Below are positions 51,458 to 64,000 of a DNA stretch of 64,000 nt, one piece after another (the stretch's first letter is position 1; each line of letters begins with the position of its first letter). Made by a program: the position numbers and the translations under genes. This DNA comes from Schmidtea polychroa (taxonomy: Eukaryota). The stretch covers positions 36,458,001 to 36,522,000 of the forward strand of contig CM097885.1 in assembly GCA_044892525.1 (NCBI GenBank). The letters are read 5' to 3'. The notes beneath the pieces were generated by a model. The model had not been told where the DNA came from and searched no databases. It saw only the letters and a program-made list of their open reading frames with translations.

Positions 51458-53149
51458 GTAGTTTTATCTCATCTTTTTACGCTTTGAATTTTTATTACTG
51501 TTGGGCTAGAACTGATTTCTAAACCCAAAGTTAGGAATGGGACGAAATGTGTCTGTACACAACACGCATACCCAGCATTAAGTTTACTTAAATAAAAATA
51601 TATAAAACACCAAGTAAACAATGATAATAGAGAGATAATATACCCAAAAATAAAACATCTGAATTAAAAATAAAATAAAACACGAGCAAGAAGTATTACA
51701 CGAAAACTTACTCAAATATAACCGAAAGACATAAAACAACAAAAAACAAATTCGAATAAAGGCGATTAGTAAAAATTAAAAAAGAAAATTAAAGAAAATC
51801 TTCATAAAATCTTACGTAAAGAAAATTATATCGATATTTTGAATAAAAATCCAGAACAATTCATAAAAATGGCGAAATCCATCATGACCGCCAAACGACC
51901 CAATAAAATTTATAAAAAATAAATATTTTAGTTTAAAAAATAAATATTTTAGAAAAGAAATCATAAAAAACAATTTAAAAATAAGAAATAGATTAAATTT
52001 AGCATGGAATGTTCTGGAAATGCTGAAATCCATCATGGAGGCAAATTTAATAAAAAATAATTCGAAAATAAAATTTCAAAAATAAAAACAAAAATTCTTA
52101 CTGAAAAATCGCCATCAAAATCGATAAAAATTAAAAATCGAATGTTCGAGAATTAAAATAATCTGAATTTGTTTTACTGCATCAATGCACGCATGTATAC
52201 TTACACGTCAAACAGAGGCTATATAAACTAACACATTTCGTCACTTTGGAAAAAAAAAGGAAAAAAATGCAAATGAATATTTTTACTCTTATGCCAAATT
52301 TTTGGTTTTGATTTTTCTGAGATTGTAGGTAAGAACGATTTCATTGTGAATTATAAGTTATTATTATTGAAACCTTGTTTTCATTATTTCTTTTTAACTA
52401 TAGAAATGTAGGTTTGAGTGAGATCGTCGGTTATCATTGATTTTGAAGCGAGATCCCAGCCAACCCTGCACCTATGCACTTTATCATCGATGAGTACACA
52501 GTTCACAATGATTGCAGGCCACTGCCTGGCACGCACTTATCAATATTATTGGTTTCCTTTTGTTCGGTCATCGGAGGTCGGCCACTTCATGGTTCTACCA
52601 TGGAGTTGTGTCGATAAAACCCCTCCGCTATGGCTCCATATATTTATTTATCGGTCGACAGCGATGTTTCGACTCCACACAACAGTAAGGTTTGTCGTAG
52701 TGGTCACAGTGGGGCCGCGAAAGCAAACACTCTTCCCGACTTTCAATGCATGAATAATTTACATAGTTAAAATCTACATCCAAAATCATCACAATACAAT
52801 ACACTAAGGTTAATAAACAGAGTAGATCTCAGACCTAAATTAATCACAACTCTACAATTCACAATTAATGTAGACGGTTAAATATCATCAAGAACCAACT
52901 CTACCTATACGTTTGTCGAATCTAGATTTATAAATGTCTTAAATAAATTTTCTAGTAATAGTGTAAAGTAAAGATTGTTTAAAAATGATTGATTTAGTAG
53001 TGATAGTATTCATAAAGGTGTTCGACATGCGCATCAGCAAGACTTGGATTTTAAATTGAATAGACTCTAAACTAACTATAAAAATTCAAATCGTAAACCC
53101 ATAACAGTATAAATTATCCTCTCAATTTCATAAAAATGTGAATTATACT

Positions 53150-53770
53150 TATAGATTTAATTTCTTCAAAATATAAATTATGATTAGTTATAAAGGTATA
53201 AATTATAAATTTAATTTCTTGAAATTATAAATTACAAATTTGTATTGACGATAAAAGTTATAAATTATAACTCTAAGTTAATTATAAAAGTATAAATTAT
53301 AATCTTAACTTCATAAAAATATAAATTATAAAATTATATTAGCTTTGGAAATATAAACTATAAATTGAACTTCACCAAATATAAATTATAAACTTAAAAG
53401 TATAAATTATAAAATTATATGGGCTCTAAAATATAAACTATAAATTTAACTTCATAAAAATATAAATTATAAAATTATATTAGCTTTAAAATATAAACTA
53501 TAAATTTAACTTCATAAAAATATAAATTATAAAATTATATAAGCTTTAAAATATAAACTATAAATTTAACTTAACTTCATAAAATATAAATTATAAACTC
53601 AAAAGTATAAATTATAAAATTATATTAGCTTTAAAAACATAAACTATAAATTTAATTTCATAAAATTATAAATTATAAACTTATATTAGCTGAAAGACTA
53701 TAAATTATAATCTTAATTTGGTCATAAAAGTATAAAATATAAACTACGTTAGCGATAAAAATATAATCTA
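53150..53770. repeat. ~60-bp AT-rich minisatellite
   Basis: aacttcataaaaatataaattataaaattatattagctttaaaatataaactataaattt repeated. Confidence 0.85.
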
Positions 53771-53789
53771 TAAAAAGTTGTAAATATTT

Positions 53790-54660
53790 TATAAATACCC
53801 CCCCCCCCAAGTTACGTAATGGTCGAAACAAATGTCCAGATTCATAATCTAACTTATATATGTATATTTGAAACTTATAAAAGTATAACTTACCTTTTTC
53901 GTGAGTACCCCCCTCAAACTATACATTAGTCGAGAACAATATATATAGCAATAAATTAACTTATATATGTGCAGTTATCAAACTTAATAATTCCTCAGAT
54001 CACCTAACCATTAATTATTGTCTAAATACATTAATACATTATCTTTACGATATAAATTTGGAAAATTTTGATAAATGACCCCCCTTAATTCATATAACCA
54101 TTAACCACTACCTGATACACTAATTTAGACTATTTAATATATATGCTTAGCTTAGATTACCTTTAAAATTATAGTTGAAAAATTTTCATCAAAGACCCCC
54201 ACAAACCATATAGTCATCAACTACCCTCTAAATATACTAAATTAGCTTATCTTAATATACATTTAATTTATATTATATTTAAAAATATAAATTGTAAATT
54301 TTTATGAATGACCCCCTCAAAATCATACAGTCATTACCCATTACCTAAGCATACTAAATTAACTTATCTTAATATACATTTAACTTATATTATATTTAAA
54401 AATGTAAATTGTAAATGTTCACACATGACCCCCCCCTCTCAAACTTATACATACTAAATTGGCTTATTTTAATATATATTTAACTTACATTATAATAAAA
54501 AATATAAGTGGTAAAATTTCCTAAATGACCCCCCTCAAATTATATATTTATCTAAATTTACACTAAGATAGACTACTCTTATATATATATGTATATATTC
54601 ATCTTATATTTGATTTTAAAATGATAACTCTTAAAATTCCTAAATGACCCCCAAGCTATA
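53790..54660. repeat. ~115-bp array with AAATGACCCCC core
   Basis: Cores at ~53797, 53907, 54076, 54194, 54309, 54427, 54526, 54645. Confidence 0.75.
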
Positions 54661-55324
54661 TACCCGTGGTAATTTCATAAAGATATCAAGGTACATTCGC
54701 CGTTTATCATTATTGTTATTTTAACATTACTGCTACTATCATTAGTACTACTATTACATTTTATTGATATCATTGATTTTATTTTCCCCAGTAACCCCAC
54801 TAAACTGATTATATTATTAAAGTAATTATTATTTCATAAAAATAAAATTTTAAACAAAATTATCGATTTTGGGATTCCCCTATCTCTAAATTTAGTTTCA
54901 ATGGCCCTATCTTCCAATAAAATTACGGAAAATCACTAAAATCTATTTTTAGTAACACCCCCCCCTGAAAACGACATCAATATTATTAATTTAAATTATA
55001 TCCATATATGTGTGGGTGTATGTGTATACGTATATATATGTGGATGTGTGTATGTATATATAGATTTTAGAAAATAACCAATACCATAATCTTCCCCTCA
55101 AGACCCCTGTGGAATAATTTACACAACCCCTTTAAAGTAATAAAGATAGAATAATTTATAAAAATTATGGACAAAATTATGTTCAAATCAAATCAAAAGA
55201 CAAAACCCAATAGTAAACTAAATTTATTAATTTCAATTACCAAATTTATTTACATCATTGTAAAAAAGAATTTTAATGTTTTATTTAATTACAACATCCT
55301 GAATAAAAACTCAAAAAGAAAAAA

Positions 55325-55993
55325 CTCCAAATCGGCTTTATTTCTTTGCTTGGCTGCTTTAAGATCATAAATGGGCATTTTTCATTTATTAATCGGATAA
55401 AATCAGTTTTTTCTGTACAACCTTTACATTCTTCACCCCAGCTTTCTAATATTTTTTGAGATCTTTAACGCGAGCTTTGTTTAGATTAATACCAGTAAGA
55501 TCAATAGGTTTGTCTGAAAAATAGTTGAATTAATATTTAAAATATTAACTGAACATACCATATTTTAATTCACAAATTGGTGAATCCATTGCTTTTAGTT
55601 TTTCAGACTTTTTCAGCGGGCATAACCCAACTCAAAGACTGAGACAAATGTTTTACAATATATGCAGTAGATGTTACCAATCCTCCAATATAATAACACT
55701 AAAAATAAATTACAATTTTATAGTAATCAGTTATAATACCTTACCAGACTTTATTCTTTTCCTTTACTTGTTTTGCTCATCTTTTTGAATTTATTTTCAA
55801 TATTTTCGATATTTGTACTTTCATCTCCATCTAGACTATCTTTCAGGCGTCTCACAAACTTAACACAAACTGAACAATTTTTAAATATAATAAAAATAAG
55901 TGCCAAATACCTTCGCAATTATTTTCATTAACTGTAGCTGACATTACATAGTAAACAATGATTAAAAAAAAAAAAAACTGATAAAATTTTCAT
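55325..55993 (-). pseudogene. MANF: MANF/ARMET-family gene copy with three introns, decayed
   Basis: Signal peptide, [61 protein letters not shown] introns 55870-55910, 55699-55744, 55514-55558; in-frame TAA and frameshifts. Confidence 0.9.
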
Positions 55994-57126
55994 TGCAAAA
56001 TATTACTAATATATAAAAAAATGGTTTGTTAAAAAGAAAATATTTCAAATTATCAAAATTATGTTAATTATAAATAGGTGATTTAAACACCTGGGATTAA
56101 ATTTTTATTTCTATTATTAATTGAAAATTTAATTTTTAAAAGGAAAAGAAATATGGATAATTAAACTCAACTTTAATTTAATCTGGATTGCCTGAATTAA
56201 AATTAAGTATTAATTTTTGGTATTTTGATTGAACGGGAAATTAACCCAACATAAACCTGAATTATGTGTGGTATTTTAATAAATAATTATTAACTTTCAC
56301 TAGAGAGTTGCCATGAAACATGTGCGTGTGTGCATGAATTGGAAAAAATGATGTATGTGGGAGATAAAGGGGATGAATAGGGTATGGTATTGGGAAGACA
56401 ATCTGGTGAAGGGACCAGGCCAAATCGGACACAAGCCTTCTATCGGCAGTCCGTGAACCCAGTAGAGTGCTCGACAATTACAGTGCAAGTAGTGCGCTCA
56501 CTTTTTGCGAGCACTCACCCTCTTGATACAGTACCAACGTTGATCATTCAACGGGTATCAAGCGGTAAACAATGTTGTATCTTGGGTTACGCTGGCAACA
56601 GCACTAAAGAGCAAAATATTTGATCATCAGTAACCCACCATTAGTTTTAAATTTACAAGTATTTTTGTAAATTAGTGGAAGTAATATCCATACGTGCTGG
56701 AACGCCCGAGTGGATCTAGTGAATTTTAAAACGAACGACAAGGACTAAACTGAGCGAGTGCAAGGAGTAAAGCATTATCTGAGTGGAGTTTCTTTGATGG
56801 TGTTTGGGCAAGTATGAATATTACTTCCGCTACTTAGGTATACATATTTTCAAAAGTAAAATAGTCATGAAGGCATTTAGAGAAGACTTGATGACAAGTC
56901 TAACATCAACTCTAGAATATTTAAACAACACACCTACTAAACGCCAACAATATCTATACAGGGAAAATTCTAAGTATGAATGAAGAGCTGTGTGCCTTAA
57001 CGGACCAGGAGTGGCGAATGACCTTCAAATTATATTTGAAAAAGATTTTACTTTATAAATTCCCTCGTGAAATACATTTAATTATTTTACCAAGTTGAGA
57101 GGATCCTAGATGAATATGGATGGATC

Positions 57127-58190
57127 TGTTGAGGTCTGCAAATTAAAATAAATTTAAATGAAATTTAGGTTAATAATTTAAATAAAAAATAAGTGAAGAA
57201 AAAATACAAATAAAAGCGGGATCATGCATAGAATCGATAGCAAAGGAAAGTGTAATGGAAGCAGTATTAGAAAATTCCAAAAGCAATTACGAAAGGCAAG
57301 AATCCGGAAATCCGAGAAAAATCAATAAATGGTAAAATCATCGAAATCGAATGGGGAAAACGGGACGGGTATAGAGTAGCTAATGGTCAACAAGATGATG
57401 ATTAGGGATTTATCAGAAAATAGTTAGGAAGGGTCGAAAAGCATTCAAATGTGTAAAAACAGAAAATGTTAATTAATTAATTAATTAATTGGTTAATAGA
57501 AAACCCAAGCTAATGGGAAACCCGAGTCAGTGGAGAACCCGAGAGATGAAGGAAACCCGAGCTGGGTAAACAAGAAGAAAAGTAAACAGAAAGAAGATTT
57601 GGGCCCATTAGTTTGACACAATGATTAATTGGAAAAGAGCAAGGAGAAGATAGTGCGTGTAGAAAGGCCGGAAGGGCCAATTATTATCTTGGTTCGTTGG
57701 ACCATTATGAGTGACAGCCGAAGCAGATACGTGGAAGCAAATGTCAAATGAAAGATTGTCTCGGCAATAACCATTTGTCATCCCGATTTCGAGGAGTATA
57801 TAAGGAAAGGGAAAATCCGAGAAAATCGGCATTTTGCCTCAGGTAGGGTAAGAAGAAACTGAGCTTAGGAAAAGGCGAAAACGAATCTTGGAGATTAAGG
57901 AAAAAGAAGAGATAGAATAAGAATAAAAAGCGTGAAAAGGATCAAATCAAACAGAAAAAGAGGAAAACGTTGGTCAAGAGAACCTAAGAAACTAAAAGGT
58001 GAATATTATCTTTATCAAAGCATCAACACCGAGCTGAGAATCGGTCGAACGGAATTTTGATTATTAATTGTAAAGTGGTGATAAAGGATTGTGAATTTGT
58101 TATTTCAATATACGTTGGGTCGTTATTGTTTTGATTTAAAGGACACGAGGAGTCAGAGGGAACCAACTTAAAGTAATCTAAAACCCAACA
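57127..58190 (+). mobile_element. Solo LTR, 1064 bp
   Basis: tgttgagg...cccaaca, TSD GATC on both sides, tatataag at ~57796. Confidence 0.8.
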
Positions 58191-58912
58191 GATCTGAGTC
58201 GTGCCGTAAAAAAACCTACATTCACCGATTACGAGACGAGTGGCCTAAACTGGAGGGCCGAGAACCGTAGGCTAATTGATTTAAGCAGGTTCAAGCCACT
58301 TTCAGAAACAAACAATCAGAAATCAAATTGAGATACGTTCATTGAAGCTCAAGATCAGCCAGCTAGAAAACGGAAGATGCCAGGAAAGCATGGATTAGAC
58401 AATAACCCGAATGAAACTTCTTGAATTACACTAAGAATTATTCTCATTTGAACGAAATCATCAACGCGTCCCAGTGACACCAATCGAAGTGAAATGAGCT
58501 GAATCCTGTGCTGCGGGTCATATGTATAAGCTTGTTGTAATGATGGATTTTCGTGTCATGTCTAATTAATCTCTCGACGCTACTGATACTGCTGATAAAG
58601 AAATGTGTATAATTTATATCACAACATCTTTATTTTCTATTTCCTTTTCATTCGAACTGTCTGGAATTCAATTATTTTTAAAACTAAATAATTTCGAAAT
58701 TTTATTTAAATTACTTGATTTTAGATCGAAGAAATTTTAATTTATACGTGTTTTATATTACAACAAATATATGATATTTTAGAATATTATAAATATCAAA
58801 TTTAAATAGTAATTAAATTTGTTTTGTTTGCATAAATTCAAGGTTGACATCAATTTTAAACCTATTCTGTAATTGAAATCTTTGTTTTTATTGTTTTTAA
58901 AATACACCTGCA

Positions 58913-59322
58913 ATGAATGAAGAGAATCCATTTAGACCAGATGGTGACCTATGTCGAGAAGCTGACGAAATATTAAAGAATTCGACTATTTATCGAGATA
59001 AAGTAAAGTATCTTAAGTTTTCCCAACATTATTTTTTTCCCTTAAGGTTATTATATCAGATCCCAATTCAAGAATTAATTCACTAAATCGTCAATCAACT
59101 CCAGATGGGGATATAAATGAAACAGTTAATCCTAAATCTACTGAGCAAGTATTTTCTGAACCGTCGGAAACTGTTGACATAGTCAAACAAGAAAATGGTG
59201 AAGGTCCAGTCGTAGTTGAAGTGACATCAAAAATTTTGACAACTAAAGAAGACCCAATTCAAGTTGAGCATGTTAATATTCCAGGATCTAAAACCAAAAA
59301 AGGATGTTGTGCAATAATTTAA
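58913..59322 (+). CDS. Intact two-exon gene, 121-aa protein with N-terminal ENPFRPDGDL motif and C-terminal CAAX (KKGCCAII)
   Basis: Exons 58913-59002 and 59047-59322, 44-nt GT-AG phase-0 intron, no stops. Confidence 0.8.
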
Positions 59323-60965
59323 TTGTAATGAATCTATCTAGTCTTTTATTTTAAATGCGAAAATTGGTTGTTTATATTTTAATTTTGGTAACTGGCAATT
59401 AGATATTAAAATATTTGGTTTTTTTTCAGATATACTTATTGACTTTTTGGTTGCCATGTTTCAATGGGAATCATTTATGTTTTCTCTGATTATTTTGTAT
59501 TTCAAGAATAAGAATATAATTTTCGTTTGTTTTATATAATTTGTTAAATTAGACAGACATGATTAATTCAATTAGTAGGAAATTCTAAAATGTTCGATTT
59601 TCTTCCAATTGGTACATAAAATAGATAACATGGATTTGCTTAAAGATTTTCGTTACAAGTAAAATTTTAATATTGACTAAAACTGATGAGTTACCTACTA
59701 CTATAAAAAATATGCTTTATTCAAATTTCACATGTAGATATTGGACAATACTTTTCTGTTTTCCAACTAGATTTTTATTTCAATTCTAACACTTTATTTA
59801 ATATTAAAAATTTTCAAGTACTTTGTACTTATTTATGTAGAAAAACACTTGAGATCAATTTCATAAATTGATATATTAATTAAAATATAAAAAAAGTTTT
59901 GTTTAAATTCCGTCTTTATTAAGAAATTTGTAATGTGATTTAATAATCGAGAATTTTACTAAATGTCCAAAACAGATTGAAATAAATTCATTTTATCTAT
60001 TAATGCTTATTATATCGGTAAAGTATAATGTTTTATCGAATATAAGGTTAATAAGGAATGGGTTTTGTTTGTGTTTAATATGGAAAATTTGGTGGTAAGA
60101 TTAGAGTTACGTGTAGTGTTCAAGGAAGACGTACTTTATCAAAGAAACATTTTCATATTACATTTTGCTCTATGAAATTTCAAAGCACCTGAAATATTTA
60201 TGTTTATGACACTTTATGAGTTATTGGTTTCATTATCTAGAGGCGTCCATAGTAGAGGATTTGTAAATCATTTTAGTTAACAAACAGTTGAAATAACACT
60301 GGTAATCTAGTTATAAATTTGGCTGAAAAATAAGCATTTATTTTAAAGATTTTCTCTAAGTATATAAATATTAGTTCTATATAACAAAAAAGAAATTTAT
60401 AAAATGTGACCGTTTGCTTCAGCCGCAAATCGTCTCTTGAGTCACTGGATATATAGGATTCCTGACATAAAATTTGAGATGAAACGGTGGTAAAGGTCTG
60501 GGGATAAATATAATTGATAGCTAAAAGGAATATAATTCAAGCAGAATTATAAAGTTTATAATTAGGTGTGAAGATTTACTGAAAAAAAGGTTAAAAACTG
60601 ATCGAAAATAAACCAGAAACTGATAAGTGTTAATGGAGAATATGATGATAGGAGTAGTTTTGTTTTGAAAATTCGTAGAAGAATATGAAAAGGACAAAAA
60701 TGAGTAAAAATAACAACTAAGGAAACCCTCTTGTGTAAACAAACTGGAATAAAAACAAGAAGGATTCTTGAAAACCATTATCATGGCTGTAATGGGAATA
60801 TTTAAATGAAAAATATTTACGTTTAAAGGAAAATTTAAAGCAATTAATCAGAGTTAATTATTGTTTGAAAAATAAAAATCATTTAGAAGATATCAATAAA
60901 AGTTAATACTGCTATAACATCGTGCTGAGTCTTGGGATTTGGAGACAAAAAGGTCTATTTATATA

Positions 60966-61350
60966 CAGTGGCGAGTTAGCTTATGATCCCAAACGAATGA
61001 AATAAAATAATGAATTATAAAAAATAACATTTTGATTTTAATGACTTATTTTAAATCTAAACTATAGTTTATATTTTTACACTTTAGCAGTCATAGAAAA
61101 GTACTTTATTGTAATTTATTATTGCGTTTCTTAATTTGGGCTAATAATTAAATTTTATGCAAAACAACGTTGAACTAGTTAGTATTAACGGTGTTCTGCT
61201 GCAGTTTAAGCCTGATGATTCTGTGATTTTTGTATTAAAATTTCGTGGATGTTTATACAAATTTTTGTACATAGGCTGTACACTACCAGTGTTTAGAAGG
61301 GCCCCAAAATGTCAGTGCTTAGGCCTCCATTTACTGTAAACGCGTTACTG
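60966..61350. mobile_element. Possible old hAT-type MITE
   Basis: Imperfect TIRs cagtggcgagtt / cagtaacgcgtt; TSD poor. Confidence 0.3.
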
Positions 61351-63351
61351 AATATATGCTGTCTACATAATCGGATAATTCATGAAATTTTTTTTGTTCA
61401 ATATATATTGGTCGTTTTGTTATTTAGTTGATTGAAGAATCAGGGCCGTCGAGAACCAAGCCGGGCCCCCGATGCATATCGTCATTTCATATTCGTCTTT
61501 GCAATTACAAACTGATATATTTTTTAAAAAACATTTGTTTTAGTTATCCTATTTATTACTTGAAATTCCATGATACATATGAACTTAAATTATCACAAAC
61601 TTAGATTTTTAAAATTATTTAATTATATAAAAATGCCAATTATGATTATATCGCTGGCTCCGATAATTTGCATCGCCTGTATCGCCCTCAAGAATATATT
61701 TCAAAACTTCATAGCGTATTGTTAAATTGACGTTGAGGGCTAAAAACTTTGACCTAGAATTTCCAAATTGGAAATTTTTTCACCTTTTGACAATTTTTGC
61801 TGCCTTTGATAAACATATTTATATTTTTAGTTAAGATTACAATTCAAAATTTTTGGAATAAACTGTGTTTAGGTCTAATTTCATTAAATAAATCATTTTC
61901 TATTTTTAATTACTTTTGTAATTATTTATTTGTAATAATGTGCTAATCACGTTTTGCTAGTAAATCTAAGAAAGATTTCATGCGATTATTAACATTTAAA
62001 ATTTGGTTAATATAATTAAACTGGTTGAATTAATCTTCCTGGTAATTTTTCCAAAAAATTCATATCATTGCGAATTCATATTGCTATTAGCTCGAACAAG
62101 GGTTTCTGTAGGTATTAACGGTGACTGGAAATGTGAATGATTGAATTGTGTAATATATAAAGCAAATGTTATTTTCTATTTTAAAATCTCTCGATACAAA
62201 CAAATTGATATGAGTTGCATTTTGGGGGTTGGAGTTTTATATATAAAAGAAGAAAAAGAAATATTCCATGTTAAAATGATTTTGATGACTTATACCGCTT
62301 TATATTTAATTTCCTTCTATACCAGTACTCCAATCTTGCTTTTTTGGTTGAAATTCAGCGAGAATATTGACAGGAGTATAGCACCAACAAATTTTAGTTG
62401 GACTTCAAATTGTTAACTTAGTCATAAAGAACTACTGAAATATATGGTGGTGTTATAATTCTTCGGCCGAGAGAAAATTTCCGAGAATGAAGATCTCCTT
62501 TTGTGGTATCCATAGTATGAACACAGAATTGACCTATTTTGGGTTTGCTAGACATTGGAATCTGATAAGTTGAACTTTTGTACAATTTTGATTTTTTCAA
62601 GTAATTTTCATTTTTGTAGAATCTAGTCATTAACAAAATTTGGTTCTATTTCAGGTACAAAAAGAATATAAAAGGATGCCTCCGAATTTTAGGATATTAA
62701 ATTTCCGAGTATTGAATAAATATTAATTATTAAAATACGAGTTGAATACAATCAACGGTATCCACTAATAAAGGCGCGACTAAAACAGCGCAGATAAATC
62801 TTTTTCGAAAAGCGTATAGTGATTAAAAAAGATATATGGACTAGTTGGAGATATTTCATTTTTTATTTGCGCTTTTATTGGGGTAAACGACAATCAACTC
62901 AGCTGCACGTTGTAATGTATAAATCATATTTTCAGCAGTTAATAAATGTTATTTATTATCCGACCTAACAATGTTGAGCAATTTGACTAAATATACACAT
63001 TCATAAAACTGATTAACTCCTAAAACTTGAGATTTTAACTTCTGTCTAAATCTATGTTCATTTTATATATCATTAAATGATGATTATGTCGAGGTTGTCT
63101 GTCAAATGTATGTTATGAGTATTATTTATACTTAAAAATAAAATGTAATATATCATAATAATACTTATAACCAGTGGTGAGCTATGCATGTCCCGCGGGG
63201 GCTCGGCAGAGCCCTTATTAACTTTTTATAAATTTTGCGAGCCCCTTGTTGTTCTTTCAACTGTGATTTTGCGCTTCACTTCAAATTAAAATTTCTATTG
63301 TTTTAATGGGAAGATTAATAAATATTTGAAACATGTTACAGACTTATTAAT

Positions 63352-63495
63352 TATTATAGACAAAAATATTAATTATTATAGACAAAAATATTAATATTTA
63401 TAGACAAAAATATTATTATTTATAGACAAAAATATTAATAACCATAGACAAAAATAATAACACGCATCGACAAAAAAACAACTATAGACTAAAAA
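63352..63495. repeat. ~21-bp tandem repeat, 6-7 copies
   Basis: tatagacaaaaatattaa recurring. Confidence 0.85.
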
Positions 63496-63618
63496 CATTC
63501 ATTTAATGTGTAATACATTATGAATTCAGTTAAAATATAGATAAATAGTTATAGTTAATGTCAATTATTATTGATTGGGGTGTATTATTACTATTTTCAA
63601 TTAAAAAAAATCCATCAC

Positions 63619-64000
63619 ATGACATTTCTACGCACAAACATTGAAAACTCTGAAACAAGCCAGGATGGTCCTAAAAGAAGAACAACAGTAACGGTAGAAA
63701 CACTGAGAAATATGCGTAACATGCTTTTACGGGGTAGAACAGCCAAGAACATAACGGAAGATTTAAATCTTTCATCTAAAACTGTTTACAGGTGGATTGA
63801 AAGACTATCTTCATATACCGGCAGTGAAGCGGACCTGGGCACACTCATAAAACCACCGGGTCGCCAAAGAGCAGAATTGACAACCCAACAAGTGACACTG
63901 GCCGAAATTGTTGCAAATGATCCCAGTTTGACCCAACGCGGGATGTCACACTGCCTTGAAATACAAGGCATTCGTCTAAGTCAACCTACGATTTCAAATC
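63619..64000 (+). CDS. N-terminus of a Tc1/IS630-like transposase (runs off the window)
   Basis: Open frame from ATG 63619: HTH GRTAKNITEDLNLSSKTVYRWI, PGRQR (GRPR-like), second HTH DPSLTQ...LSQPTIS. Confidence 0.7.
   Translation, partial: MTFLRTNIENSETSQDGPKRRTTVTVETLRNMRNMLLRGRTAKNITEDLNLSSKTVYRWIERLSSYTGSEADLGTLIKPPGRQRAELTTQQVTLAEIVANDPSLTQRGMSHCLEIQGIRLSQPTISN

Larger units (their letters stand above)
51499..56640 (+). mobile_element. 5.14-kb TG...CA-bounded giant LTR-like unit carrying MANF cargo
   Basis: Ends tgttgggcta / taacccacca; flanks ttac/ttag (imperfect TSD); three homology blocks with 15139-20718. Confidence 0.85.

Noticed and set aside
56650..58600. Coding-like DNA flanking the solo LTR
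   Set aside because: No sustained reading frame or identifiable motif
62418..62636. 72-aa minus-strand ORF as a gene exon
   Set aside because: No recognisable motif and no consistent splice model

Overview
AT-rich eukaryotic genomic DNA, probably from an invertebrate metazoan; the 41-48-nt GT-AG introns would fit a flatworm, but that is only inference. The window is almost entirely nested, decayed mobile elements. Insertions resolved by target-site duplications (TSDs) or terminal repeats: (1) a 10-kb non-autonomous Polinton/Maverick (12086-22121, TSD CAAAAG) inside the RT of an old Gypsy-like element; (2) Gypsy A (28367-39171, no clean TSD) containing Gypsy B (30600-37626, TSD AAGGA), which contains a Buster/SPIN-like hAT (33051-36191, TSD CTCTAAAG); (3) a deleted sister hAT (49276-50162), a piggyBac MITE and a 1.06-kb solo LTR. 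The most interesting feature is a family of ~5-5.6-kb TG...CA-bounded, giant-solo-LTR-like units. Two full copies (15139-20718, TSD CTAG; 51499-56640) share both arms but carry different conserved host genes in the same internal slot and orientation: a decayed NDUFA7 and a decayed, intron-retaining MANF/ARMET. One apparently intact host gene (121-aa CAAX protein, 58913-59322) is present. All calls come from reading the sequence by eye; no searches were run.
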